A DNA stretch of 64,000 nucleotides from positions 384,001 to 448,000 of the forward strand of contig CAWVVV010000001.1 in the NCBI GenBank assembly GCA_963933835.1, read 5' to 3'. The notes below the pieces were generated by a model that did no database searches, was not told where the DNA came from, and was given only the letters and a program-made list of their open reading frames with translations. Position 1 is the stretch's first letter; each line of letters opens with the position of its first letter. Position numbers and translations under genes: made by a program. This stretch comes from an uncultured Puniceicoccaceae bacterium. Lineage in GTDB: Bacteria; Verrucomicrobiota; Verrucomicrobiia; Opitutales; Oceanipulchritudinaceae. Shown piece by piece: positions 1 through 9,936 of the stretch.

Positions 1-1
1 T

Positions 2-184
2 AGAAACCATGAAATCTATCGGGAGTTCTTCGATACGATTGAGAAACTTGAGATTCAATTCCGACTGATCAGTGGGCACAAGCCATCCCAGAGTAAGGAT
101 CAGATTGATAAGATCTTTTCCATGGTTGATCGGGCATCGCGAAGTGCCCTGAGAACCCACATGAAAGAAACATCCAACAATTGA
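2..184 (+). CDS. Possible 3' end of a CDS entering the window (hypothetical)
   Basis: Frame open from position 2 to TGA at 182-184 (RNHEIYREFFDTIEKLEIQFRL...KETSNN*); no recognisable motif. Confidence 0.3.
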   Translation, partial: RNHEIYREFFDTIEKLEIQFRLISGHKPSQSKDQIDKIFSMVDRASRSALRTHMKETSNN

Positions 185-472
185 GTCTGGGATCTGCCAA
201 GTCCGAGCCCCGGCAATGCTGCGTCAGGATGACAATCCAAGGCGTTAATAAGTAAGCAGGACTCAAGACTGGACGCCCACTTGGACCCATGACAGGGTCC
301 TCAACCACGACCCCACAATCAGCTCAAAACTGAACTTTTGATAACCTTTAATTTGCAATACCTTCTCATGGAAGTCGCCACAGTCAATGTCGCCTAAGCT
401 TGACCTTGATTGGAGAAAACATTTCTGAGCACTCGGATCTGGAAGGCATTTAAATTAGCACAGCGTACCACA

Positions 473-2410
473 ATGAATCCTGTTTTTGAATCAGCCATGC
501 GGAATCTGTTCTCAGATCCGGAAACTTTTTTCGATGCTCAAGCCCTGTTCGACCCCGAAAAGGCAGATGCGCCATCCCTTACCGCGGCATTTCTGCTGAC
601 ACTGGGGGGTGATCAATCGGCGATTACCTTTTTGCAAAGGATGGCAGCGACAGATGCCACTGCCTCGTTTTTTCTGAACGGCCTTGAGCGCATCAAAGAG
701 GAAATTGAGCAGGCCAGCAAAGCTCCGAAGTTTGTGAAAACGCTGAAAAGCCTAGCGGACAATCCAGCGGACGAGACCTGCGTGCGGAATGTGTTTTTAC
801 CCGAGGGCGCTGGACTGCCGGAGAACCGAGCTGAGCGCGTGTTGGCCTTGCGGGAAAAACGTAAAATCAGCATCACCGAACTCAACCCATCGCCTCTTAC
901 CGACCCGGGGCGCGAGTTGTTGTTTACTTCGAATGTGCTGCTGACTATTCCGTCGGCGAACACGTCGCTGGACGAACTTGAATATCCCGAGGAGTTGAAG
1001 GGCCACATCCGGCAGGCCATGAACGAAGAGCAGCGCTATTGGTTCGATCACCCGATCCAGATTGGCGTGAAACCGAAAGCCAACGAAATCCTCTACGGAC
1101 TGCGCGGCCTCGACGAGACCGTCACGTTCGAGCGCGCCCGCGGCACCATGGGCGATGGTAAAATCGCATGCGTGCTCTCCGCATCCGTTACCCACAAGGG
1201 ACTGCACGCGGTGGCCAAGGATTACATTGAGTCTGAGATTCGCAACGCGGTCGGTTTCAAAAATATCGATGTGTATGTTTTCACGGAAGACGAAACAGAC
1301 CGACTGATTGAAGAGGTGCTGGTGCCTGCTGGTGGAAATGCCGAGGCACTAAGTGTGTTCGGAGTCGACGGGGAATATGGCCGCCACTACAGCTTCCTCA
1401 AAGCCATATCTGCTCTCTGGAACGCGAGCAAAGATCCCGGCGTGAAAGCCACATTCAAGATCGATCTGGACCAGGTATTCCCGCAGCGGGAACTGGTAGA
1501 GCAAACCGGCGCATCGGCTTTCGAGCACTTCAAGACCCCACTCTGGGGCGCCCGAGGCACCGACGCAGGCGGCAACCCAGTTGAACTAGGCATGATTGCC
1601 GGAGCCCTGGTAAACGAGAGGGATATTCACAAAGGTCTCTTCACCCCCGATGTCCCCTTCCCTGAAAACCCATCGAGCTTGGACGAAAAAATGTTCTTCA
1701 GCAAGATGCTGATGGCGCTCTCGACTGAAGGTGAACTACAAACGCGGTATGGCGAAAGCGGCATCGATGGAAAAACTGAGTGTATCCAACGCATCCATGT
1801 GACAGGTGGGACGAACGGCATTCGCGTCGACAGCCTGACCAAATATCGCCCATTTACGCCATCGTTCATCGGGCGTGCCGAGGACCAAGCGTATATTCTT
1901 TCTGTTTTGATGAAAGAGGGCGAGAAGCTGGGATATGTGCATGAGGATGGTTTGGTCATGCGCCACGACAAAGAAGCGTTTGCGGGTGATGCGATCAAGG
2001 CCGCATCTTTTGGCAACATCATCGGCGATTATATCCGCACACTTTATTTCTCCGAATATGCGCGCGTTTTGAACAAGGACGACATTGGGCCGATCAAGGA
2101 GATCGTCGACCCTTTCACCGGTTGCTTCACTACATCGATTCCGGTTACGGTGGTGATGTTACGCTTCTGTATGAAAGCCGCCAGTTTCTTCCTCGCGGGC
2201 GAGCATGAAGCGGGAACGAAATTCGTGCAAGGTAGCCATTCACGCCTCACTCACGCGATGGACTTTGCCCAGCACGGCCTGCGCGAGCAGTATCAGCATG
2301 AGCGCGAGGGCTGGAACCAGTTCTACAACCTACTCGAAGACGTCAAAAAGGACGAAAGTCTGCGTGCAAAAGCGATCGAGATCATCGACCGTTGCCGCGT
2401 CCGCGCCTAA
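473..2410 (+). CDS. Conserved hypothetical protein, possible GT-A-like nucleotide-sugar enzyme
   Basis: Long ORF, likely ATG at 473; enzyme-like blocks YWFDHPIQIG, YGRHYSFLKA, KIDLDQVFPQ (DxD), GGTNGI, GRAEDQAY, MRHDKEAF. Confidence 0.6.
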   Translation: MNPVFESAMRNLFSDPETFFDAQALFDPEKADAPSLTAAFLLTLGGDQSAITFLQRMAATDATASFFLNGLERIKEEIEQASKAPKFVKTLKSLADNPADETCVRNVFLPEGAGLPENRAERVLALREKRKISITELNPSPLTDPGRELLFTSNVLLTIPSANTSLDELEYPEELKGHIRQAMNEEQRYWFDHPIQIGVKPKANEILYGLRGLDETVTFERARGTMGDGKIACVLSASVTHKGLHAVAKDYIESEIRNAVGFKNIDVYVFTEDETDRLIEEVLVPAGGNAEALSVFGVDGEYGRHYSFLKAISALWNASKDPGVKATFKIDLDQVFPQRELVEQTGASAFEHFKTPLWGARGTDAGGNPVELGMIAGALVNERDIHKGLFTPDVPFPENPSSLDEKMFFSKMLMALSTEGELQTRYGESGIDGKTECIQRIHVTGGTNGIRVDSLTKYRPFTPSFIGRAEDQAYILSVLMKEGEKLGYVHEDGLVMRHDKEAFAGDAIKAASFGNIIGDYIRTLYFSEYARVLNKDDIGPIKEIVDPFTGCFTTSIPVTVVMLRFCMKAASFFLAGEHEAGTKFVQGSHSRLTHAMDFAQHGLREQYQHEREGWNQFYNLLEDVKKDESLRAKAIEIIDRCRVRA

Positions 2411-2626
2411 CTCAAATGCCCTCGTTTTTCACTGATCACTAACACACGTCAAAAGAGGTGTCGGCGGACATTTCTTCAAGGACGTCTCTGTGCAAACGAA
2501 TGCCTACGTGATACCTTGGCTTTGCTCTTGAGCAAACTGTGCCTTCGCTACTCAGCAGCGTGGTTGCGAAGCAAAAAGCTTGAGGAGGCATCAGGTATTT
2601 TGGGCTTGGAGGGTTGTCCCCTTTTT

Positions 2627-2851
2627 GCCTCCCCCAATTTCGGCATTCAGGAATTCCAGACGTTTACGGATGCAACGCGGGCGGTCTTCCCCGGATGCCC
2701 TGACCTACGCGACGGCTATCTGTATCCAAACGATAATACCGGACATGGCGTCGACATCGACGAAGAGGAAGCGAAGAAATACCCATGCAAGTCGACAATC
2801 GTCGAATGGTCGCAAGCACGCCGATCCGACGGCTCACTGAACGCGCCGTAA
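2627..2851 (+). pseudogene. C-terminal remnant of an enolase-superfamily sugar-acid dehydratase (RspA/ManD-like)
   Basis: ASPNFGIQEF...VFPGCPDLRDGYLYPNDNTGHGVDIDEEEAKKYP...ARRSDGS resembles the RspA/ManD C-terminus; the N-terminal part is absent. Confidence 0.7.
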
Positions 2852-2969
2852 AGTATTGGGTAGGGCTGGTTAACCATCCTCGCTTCACTTCGATCTACAG
2901 GCTCATAGTCGAAGATCTTTATAGATATCCCGACATCTCACTAGAGATGCAGAAACCCTGCCAATGACT

Positions 2970-3524
2970 TTACGACTGATTCATCAAGACCAGCGGAAGG
3001 GCGATCAAAAGAATCGAGCCAAACATACTGATTAGACATGAGTAGAAGCTCAATCGGATGTAGCGGAATTTGGGTCGAAGGACATCGTTACTCAGATGGT
3101 AAATATCAGAGACCATTAACTCGGTGATCGTATTCCGACTCTCGAGCGATTCACGCATGAGCTCTTTGTAAGTCGTCTCATCATACTGCCAGATGCCTGA
3201 AAAATGTAGCAGGTTTCTTTCACCACTCGCATCAGCCTGGTAACGCTTGGGCATGAGACTGATAATCGCGAAGAGGATGCTCAAGGAAGCGGTTAAAATG
3301 AAAAAGATAATCCCGGCCTGGATATCCGGTTTATTGTAACCGGAAAGGGATAGCGGGATGAGCAATGCATTGATTGTAATGATCACCTGTGCTCTTCGAT
3401 CCGCGAGTGAGATGTATTGGACGTGCTTGGATTGAACACTGCTCAGGACAGAGCCTCTCAGGAGCGCCGGCCAGTTTTTCTCTGGTCCTGCATTTTCGGG
3501 CGAGTTGTTTTCGGATGTGCTCAT
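2970..3524 (-). CDS. Pycsar-type transmembrane effector family protein (DUF5706-like)
   Basis: LADRRAQVIITINALLI, TM helix, LMPKRY...NLLHFSGI, PKFRYIRLSF then a C-terminal TM helix; 184 aa. Confidence 0.7.
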   Translation of the reverse strand: MSTSENNSPENAGPEKNWPALLRGSVLSSVQSKHVQYISLADRRAQVIITINALLIPLSLSGYNKPDIQAGIIFFILTASLSILFAIISLMPKRYQADASGERNLLHFSGIWQYDETTYKELMRESLESRNTITELMVSDIYHLSNDVLRPKFRYIRLSFYSCLISMFGSILLIALPLVLMNQS

Positions 3525-3755
3525 TGAATCCTAAGTTATCTTATAGCAGTTTTGGTCGTTCAGTCAGGAATACTTTAGTGATAGGCTGCGCAATAATGGG
3601 TCGATGACGAGTGAAGATACTCCGTGAAAGTCTTGCGGAACTAAATATGCATAGGGACGAAGGACGGTAATACCTCGAAGTCACTTTTTCCCCGCGTTAG
3701 ATGATTGCCTCAGCAGAATTGTAACTCGCACCTGCGTAGTCGCATCGTTGAGACC

Positions 3756-4661
3756 ATGTCAGAATCACCGCCTGACGCTCCTCAGAGCCCATCCGAAACG
3801 CCAGAAGAAAAGATAAAGTCTTCTTCGGGGCTCGCTGGCTTTGGGGCGGAACTTCGCCGCCGTAAGGTAATACGGGTGGGCGGGACCTACGCGGTCGTGG
3901 CCTGGCTCGTGATTCAAATCGCCGCCAGTACCTTCCCCAGCCTGTTCATCCCCGACTGGGCGCTGAGATTTGTCATCATGTGCGTGCTGATCGGGTTCCC
4001 CATCGCGATCATTCTAGCCTGGGCGTTCGAGATGACGCCGGACGGGATCAAGGCGACCTCGAGTGCCCAGCGCTCGACCTCTCCTAGCGCCACACCCACC
4101 AAGAAAGATAACTGGAACTCCGTCATTCTCGCCGCTGCTGCGCCGACGCTCATTTTTGGAGCCCTCGCGGTCTTCTTCTACCTGCGCGCAGGAGAGGGTG
4201 AAGTCGAAGCGCCCCCTCCCCCCGTTGAGGAGGAAGCGATGTCGATCGCGGTCTTGCCGCTGATCAACATGAGCCCAAATCCGGAGAACGCCTACTTTGC
4301 CGGCGGCGTGCATGAAGATGTCCTGACGAATCTTTCGAGAATCCAAAACCTGATGGTCACCTCCCGCACGACGATGCTGCGTTACGCCGCGTCCGACCTG
4401 ACCCTGCCGGAGATCGGGGCAGCCTTGGGAGTGCAGTAGGTTGTCGAGGGATCCGTCTGCCGCACAGGCAATCACGTGCGGGTGACGATTCAGTTGATCG
4501 ATGCCCGCAACGACCTTCACGTGTGGGCGAACAACTTCGAGCGCGAGCTGGTCAACGAGTTCGCGACCCAATCCGAAATCGTGGCCGAGATCAGCCACTC
4601 GACCCACCTCCAGCTTCAGCCCGAAACGGCTCAGGCCGTTAAATGGATGCCGAGACTCTGA
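3756..4661 (+). pseudogene. Membrane-anchored TolB-N (adenylate-cyclase-associated) domain protein, nonsense-interrupted and truncated
   Basis: ELRRRKVIRVGGTYAVVAW...AWAFEMTPDG; SIAVLPLINMS...YFAGGVHEDVLTNLSRI; in-frame TAG 4437-4439 in LGVQ*VVEGSV; continues RVTIQLIDARNDLHVWA and stops before the usual TPR region. Confidence 0.8.
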
Positions 4662-4871
4662 AAAACCTTCCTTCTACGCCCTAAAGTGTTTCCTCTAAGT
4701 GCCTTGTGAAAGATTCAGTGCATAGGCGGTAAAGATTACCGATATGAACTGAGTAGAGCTGGAAAATGATCCTTGGGGCATAGAAAAGCGACTCTACCCA
4801 ATCACATTGCGCCTACAAAAGCTCAGCATGCCTTCACTCAGTGCCCACATCGAACACATGGAGGACTCTTA

Positions 4872-5681
4872 ATGAGTTCTGGGTTTACCTATGTTGCGAC
4901 TGGAGATGCCTTTAAGCAGGAGGCTATCGTATCTTGTAGGTCGTTAAAGCAGCATATGCCTGACGCCCATGTGACGATTTTCACTCATAGCAAAGAAGGT
5001 TTAGTTACAGATCTATTCGACGACGTCCAGTTGATCAACGAGCCAAAATACTCCTTCTTTGATAAAATACATGCCTTCCTCAATAGCCCCTATGAAAGAA
5101 CAGTGTTCATCGATACAGACACCTTCGTCTGTAATCCGGTAGACGAGCTTTTTGAGGTTCTAGATCGCTTTGATATCGCTGCGGTACGCGATCACTGGAC
5201 GGGGACCAAGGATGAGGGTCCCATCTGTATCGACGATTTCAATACGGGCCTTATCGTCTATAAAAAATGCGCCTGCACTCAGGCCGTATTTGAGGACTGG
5301 AAAAATATCTACACCCAACAATTGGAATCGGACCTTCCAGTTGAACATGATCAGCCTTCATTTAGAAGCGCAGTTTATCGTAACACCGAGGTTAAACTCT
5401 ATGTCCTTCCGAAGTCTTATAACATCAGACTCACCGCCCCTATCTTTCTCGGAGTCAACTATCTCCCGAAGGTCTTACATGGTAGACCACCTAATTTTGA
5501 ACCGATTGCGGCCAAGCTATCATCATCAAATGACTTTCGCTTTTACCTCACCAATGGAACTTTAGTCGATCGAACTCAAATCAAAGTTTTGGATACAAGA
5601 TACGGCCTACCCTTCAACATCCTTACATCGATTGGGCGATACATCACAAAGTGCCTTCGATGGATTAGGAATATCGGATAA
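4872..5681 (+). CDS. Nucleotide-diphospho-sugar transferase (GT-A fold)
   Basis: GGAGGA RBS before ATG 4872; SPYERTVFIDTDT (DxD), FNTGLIVY, HDQPSFR. Confidence 0.75.
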   Translation: MSSGFTYVATGDAFKQEAIVSCRSLKQHMPDAHVTIFTHSKEGLVTDLFDDVQLINEPKYSFFDKIHAFLNSPYERTVFIDTDTFVCNPVDELFEVLDRFDIAAVRDHWTGTKDEGPICIDDFNTGLIVYKKCACTQAVFEDWKNIYTQQLESDLPVEHDQPSFRSAVYRNTEVKLYVLPKSYNIRLTAPIFLGVNYLPKVLHGRPPNFEPIAAKLSSSNDFRFYLTNGTLVDRTQIKVLDTRYGLPFNILTSIGRYITKCLRWIRNIG

Positions 5682-5708
5682 GGACTTTCGCAGACTCATT
5701 TAGGATCA

Positions 5709-6628
5709 ATGACCATACGCAGCAAGATTGACGCGATGATTCATCAGGCTCGCGTGCTCAAGCACAACGGGATAAAGCAGTATGGGCTGAGATGGGCCTA
5801 CTATAAATACATCTATGCTAAGAAGATTCTTAAAACCCCTCGCATTGTAAGTAATGGAGATGAGGCTTTTGAGCTACATGCTCTAGGATGTGAAAAAGAT
5901 TTCATGATGACTCTTTGGGCGCTGAAGTCTTTCTACTACTTTAGCGAATGCAGGCCAAGGTTGATCCTCTTTGATGATGGTTCCCTGAGCGAGAACTCAA
6001 AGACGACTTATTTAGAACATTTTCCCGACATTCGCATCGTCGCCCGAGATAGATTCCATAAAGACATGGACACCTTTTTGGGGGACTATGAGACAAGTCT
6101 AAATTTCTGTCATAGAAGATCTTTTTACTGCGCCCTGAAATTCTTCGGGCCCATGTGCTACGCCAGATCTAAATCGATTCTATATTTCGATTCAGACATT
6201 TTGTTTTTCAAAAAGCCCACCGAACTGCTCTCGCTCATCAAAAAAGAAGCCCATTCTATATGAGCGACTACGTCGAGGCCTACTCTCAGTCAACGAACTC
6301 ACTGAAAGAGATGATGCAGATCGACTTAGAGGAACGCGTAAATGCTGGGCTTTTCTTCACCCCTATAGACGCATTTAAAGACGAACTCGACGTCGTAGAG
6401 CACTACTTTAAAAACATCTCGGTAGTCTCGAACGTAAACAGGCACGAGCAGACGCTCGCGGCTCTCCTTCTCTCAAAGGCAAACGCCACTCGTCTAAGCA
6501 GTAACTATCAGATTTCTAAGACCCCAGTGACGGATAATACGGCGAGTCATCATTACGTGAATGATGGTTCGAGAGGGAATTTCTACGGTGAAGGACTCAG
6601 GCGATTAAGATCAGCGGGCATGATTTAG
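5709..6628 (+). pseudogene. Glycosyltransferase-like gene split by a frameshift at an A6 run
   Basis: ORF 5709-6263 (LFDDGSL, YFDSDILFF) and ORF 6260-6628 (VNAGLF, HEQTLAA, HHYV) join if one A is added at 6240-6245. Confidence 0.7.
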
Positions 6629-6919
6629 CAGCCGTTTCAACAAGGGACTACGGACAATTAATCGAGGCGAAAGCTCGACGAAGGATCAGGCCCTTTACTT
6701 TAAGGCGCTAAGGAAGAAATCGGTTTATCCACCTAACACCGCCCTCAACGGAGGGCGCGCATCACGATGACATCATTGTCGAGGCCTACGACTCCGTTTG
6801 CATCCCCACCATCTCCAAAGATGAGGCGCTTTTTCTCCTCGAGGGCATCCCAATTTACGACCGCCTGCTTTCCCTCGAATGGAACTCAGCGTGAGTCTTG
6901 CAAAAGCTGGATCCCTATT

Positions 6920-6937
6920 AAAGAAATTAATTTCTTT
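6920..6937. promoter_or_regulatory. Perfect 18-bp palindrome upstream of nirK; candidate operator
   Basis: AAAGAAATTAATTTCTTT, about 90 bp before the nirK ATG. Confidence 0.45.
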
Positions 6938-7024
6938 TCATTATTGAATAAGCAGACTGCAGTTACTTGTAGTTTTAGGTGCCAATCAAGTTCGGCTGCA
7001 TCCCTCTAAGCAAAACCTAGCACT

Positions 7025-8470
7025 ATGAAATCGAATCTCCTGATCCTTGCACTCATCGCGATGATACTGCCCCGTGTAGTCTACGCCCAGGGCACCCTTT
7101 CTGATCCGAGACGACCGGCCTCCGAGGCTGATGACCTGTATGTTCAGGGCGAAGAAATCGCCATCTTGACCGATGCCCCAAATGTCCCGCCACCGATCAC
7201 CCGCAAGCACCCGACCAGAGTGATCGTTGAGCTTGAGGTCACGGAGGTTGTCAAACGCATGGCCGATGGCGTCGACTACACTTTCTGGACCTTTGGTGGG
7301 AGCGTTCCCGGCAAATTCATCCGTGTTCGCCAGAACGATGAAGTGGACTTCACGCTCAAGAACCACCCGTCGAGCAAGATGCCACACAACATCGACCTGC
7401 ATGCCGTCACCGGACCCGGCGGAGGTGCCAAGGCGACCTTCACGGCACCTGGACACCAGACCAACTTCAGCTTCAAAGCCCTCAATCCGGGCCTCTACAT
7501 TTACCACTGTGCGACCGCTCCGGTCGGTATGCACATAGCGAACGGCATGTATGGTTTGATCCTGGTTGAACCGATCGAAGGCATGGCTCCCGTGGATAAG
7601 GAATTCTATGTTGTTCAGGGCGACTTCTACACCACCGGCAAGTACGGCGAGGCGGGTCTGCAGGGCTTTAGCATGGAAAAGGCTCTCGAAGAGAATCCCG
7701 ACTACGTTGTCTTCAACGGCTCGGTCGGTTCGATGACCGGAGATAAAGCCATTCAGGCCACTGAGGGCGAGACCGTCCGCCTCTACGTCGGTAACGGTGG
7801 GCCGAATTTAATCTCATCCTTCCACGTCATTGGTGAAATCTTTGACCGCGTCTATCCGGAAGCGGGCAGCTTTTACCAGGAGAACGTCCAGACCACTTTA
7901 GTCCCCGCTGGCGGAGCCACCATCGTCGAGTTCAAACTGGAAACGACGGGCGACTTTATCCTCGTCGATCACTCAATCTTTCGAGCCTTCAATAAGGGTG
8001 CCTTGGGTATTCTCAATGTCGATGGCGACCCCGATGTGATCGTCTTTTCCGGGCAAAGGAAAGATGAGTATCTACCTGAGAGCAGTGTGATTCAGTCCAT
8101 TCCCAGCGACACCAGAGCGGCCCCCGCCGCTTCCACAAAGGCTGAGCGCATTACCGCTGGTAAACTCGTCTATGACCAGAGCTGTGCCGCCTGCCACCTG
8201 CCGACTGGAACGGGAGTTCCCCTCGCCTTCCCACCACTGGCTCAGTCGGACTTCCTGAATGCAGACGTCGACCGTGCTATCAGCACCGTTCTCAACGGTC
8301 TTCAGGGTGAGATCGTCGTCAATGGTGCCAAATACAACAGCATCATGCCGACGCTGGGGCTGAATGATGATAAGGTCGCCAATGTTCTGACCTACATCTA
8401 CTCGATGTGGGGCAACTCAGGGGTCGAAGTCACTCCTGAAGAAGTGAAGAAAGTCCGCGAATCTAAGTAA
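7025..8470 (+). CDS. nirK: Copper-containing nitrite reductase with C-terminal cytochrome c
   Basis: [61 protein letters not shown] haem motif; signal peptide. Confidence 0.95.
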   Translation: MKSNLLILALIAMILPRVVYAQGTLSDPRRPASEADDLYVQGEEIAILTDAPNVPPPITRKHPTRVIVELEVTEVVKRMADGVDYTFWTFGGSVPGKFIRVRQNDEVDFTLKNHPSSKMPHNIDLHAVTGPGGGAKATFTAPGHQTNFSFKALNPGLYIYHCATAPVGMHIANGMYGLILVEPIEGMAPVDKEFYVVQGDFYTTGKYGEAGLQGFSMEKALEENPDYVVFNGSVGSMTGDKAIQATEGETVRLYVGNGGPNLISSFHVIGEIFDRVYPEAGSFYQENVQTTLVPAGGATIVEFKLETTGDFILVDHSIFRAFNKGALGILNVDGDPDVIVFSGQRKDEYLPESSVIQSIPSDTRAAPAASTKAERITAGKLVYDQSCAACHLPTGTGVPLAFPPLAQSDFLNADVDRAISTVLNGLQGEIVVNGAKYNSIMPTLGLNDDKVANVLTYIYSMWGNSGVEVTPEEVKKVRESK

Positions 8471-8489
8471 CCCACAAAACCCTCCGACT

Positions 8490-9284
8490 TTGAAACGCTC
8501 CCTCCTTCTGTTCCTCCTTATCGCGGTTCTGTCTGTTGCGACTGAGGCGAAACCCGCGCCATCCGAGATGGTGCGGGTCGAGGGTGGAGCGTTCACGCCG
8601 ATGTTTGGTGAACTCAGTAAACCAAGAACAGTCGCCCCGTTCCTACTCGATCGCCACCCGGTGACGAACGCCGAGTTTTTGAAATTCGTCCGCGAGCATC
8701 CGGCTTGGCGGCGCTCGAACGCCAAGCAATTGTTCGCCGATGTCGGTTACCTCTCGCATTGGTCGGGAGATCTCGAGTTGGGCGAGAATGCCCCGCCGAA
8801 TGCCGCCGTCGTCCGCGTTTCTTGGTTCGCCGCTCGCGCCTATCTCAAGCACATCGACAAGCGACTCCCGCGAGAAGACGAGTGGGAGTTCGCCGCCCTC
8901 GCAGATGCCACCCGCGCCGATGCAAGTAAGGATCCCGCATACCTTCAGCGCATTCTCGAATGGTATGGCAAACCCTCCCCTGCACGCCTTCCGGACACCT
9001 CCACCTTGCACGCTGATTTTCGCGGCGTGGTCGGCTTGCACGGCAACGTCTGGGAGTGGGTCGTCGATTTCAACAATCAGATGGTCACAGGAGCCGCGCG
9101 TTTGGATAGCTCACTCGACCGAGCCTTGTTTTGCGCCGGCGGCGCAGTGAATGCCACCGACGCGGCCAATTACGCCGCCTTTATGCGCTACGCCTTTCGC
9201 TCCAGTCTCGATGGCGCCTACACCGTTAACAACCTCGGCTTCCGTGGCGCGCGGGACCTTGAGCCCACCGAATCATATCCATGA
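8490..9284 (+). CDS. Formylglycine-generating-enzyme (SUMF1/NirV-like) family protein
   Basis: PVTNAEF, RLPREDEWEFAA, GNVWEW, NLGFRGA; directly follows nirK. Confidence 0.85.
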   Translation: MKRSLLLFLLIAVLSVATEAKPAPSEMVRVEGGAFTPMFGELSKPRTVAPFLLDRHPVTNAEFLKFVREHPAWRRSNAKQLFADVGYLSHWSGDLELGENAPPNAAVVRVSWFAARAYLKHIDKRLPREDEWEFAALADATRADASKDPAYLQRILEWYGKPSPARLPDTSTLHADFRGVVGLHGNVWEWVVDFNNQMVTGAARLDSSLDRALFCAGGAVNATDAANYAAFMRYAFRSSLDGAYTVNNLGFRGARDLEPTESYP

Positions 9285-9886
9285 AATCGACTCTCCTATT
9301 CCTTCCCCTCTTGCTCATTCCTAATCTGAGGGCCGAAGAACTTCCACCGTGCTGCGCCGTCAATGAGGTCTCCGTCGATGCTGCTGGCTCGGTCTACGAA
9401 CTCGACGCCAGATGGACCGATCAACACGACCAGCAAACCCAACTCGCAGACTTCAAAGGGCAACCCGTCCTGCTCACAATGGGCTACTCGAGCTGCCAAT
9501 ACGCCTGCCCTCGACTCGTCGCCGATTTGATCGCGATCAAGCGTGAGCTCACTGCAACGCAACAACAGGCAGTGCGCTTCGTCTTCGTCTCGATTGATCC
9601 CGAACGCGATTCGCCTGAAAAACTCGCCGCCTTCTTCGATCAGTACGACGTCGATCAGTCACGATGGTCGGGACTTCGCGGTTCGGATGATGCCGTGCTA
9701 GAGCTTTCCGTCGCCCTCGGCACACGCTACCGCCAGCTCGAGAACCTCGATTTTGCCCACTCCAACCGTCTGACGCTGCTCTCACCCGAGGGAGTCATTG
9801 TTCACAATCAGGAAGGCCTTGGCACTGATCCTAGCGAAATGCTCGGCGCCCTGCGAAATATCCTAACCACGGCGGAGAGGGATTAA
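9281..9886 (+). CDS. SCO family copper chaperone
   Basis: YSSCQYACP (CxxxC), VSIDPERD, FAHSN; start overlaps upstream stop (ATGA). Confidence 0.9.
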   Translation: MKSTLLFLPLLLIPNLRAEELPPCCAVNEVSVDAAGSVYELDARWTDQHDQQTQLADFKGQPVLLTMGYSSCQYACPRLVADLIAIKRELTATQQQAVRFVFVSIDPERDSPEKLAAFFDQYDVDQSRWSGLRGSDDAVLELSVALGTRYRQLENLDFAHSNRLTLLSPEGVIVHNQEGLGTDPSEMLGALRNILTTAERD

Positions 9887-9936
9887 TAATACATCCAGTT
9901 GCGAATGGGCGCGATGAACCTGTGCGACTGACTGCA

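Noticed and set aside
4437..4439. Pyrrolysine or amber readthrough in the TolB-N gene
   Set aside because: The position is normally Tyr, the gene is also truncated downstream, and no pyl genes are present.
6239..6246. Programmed -1 frameshift on AAAAAAG in the glycosyltransferase
   Set aside because: The codons read ATC AAA AAA GAA, so the A AAA AAG heptamer is not in the required frame.
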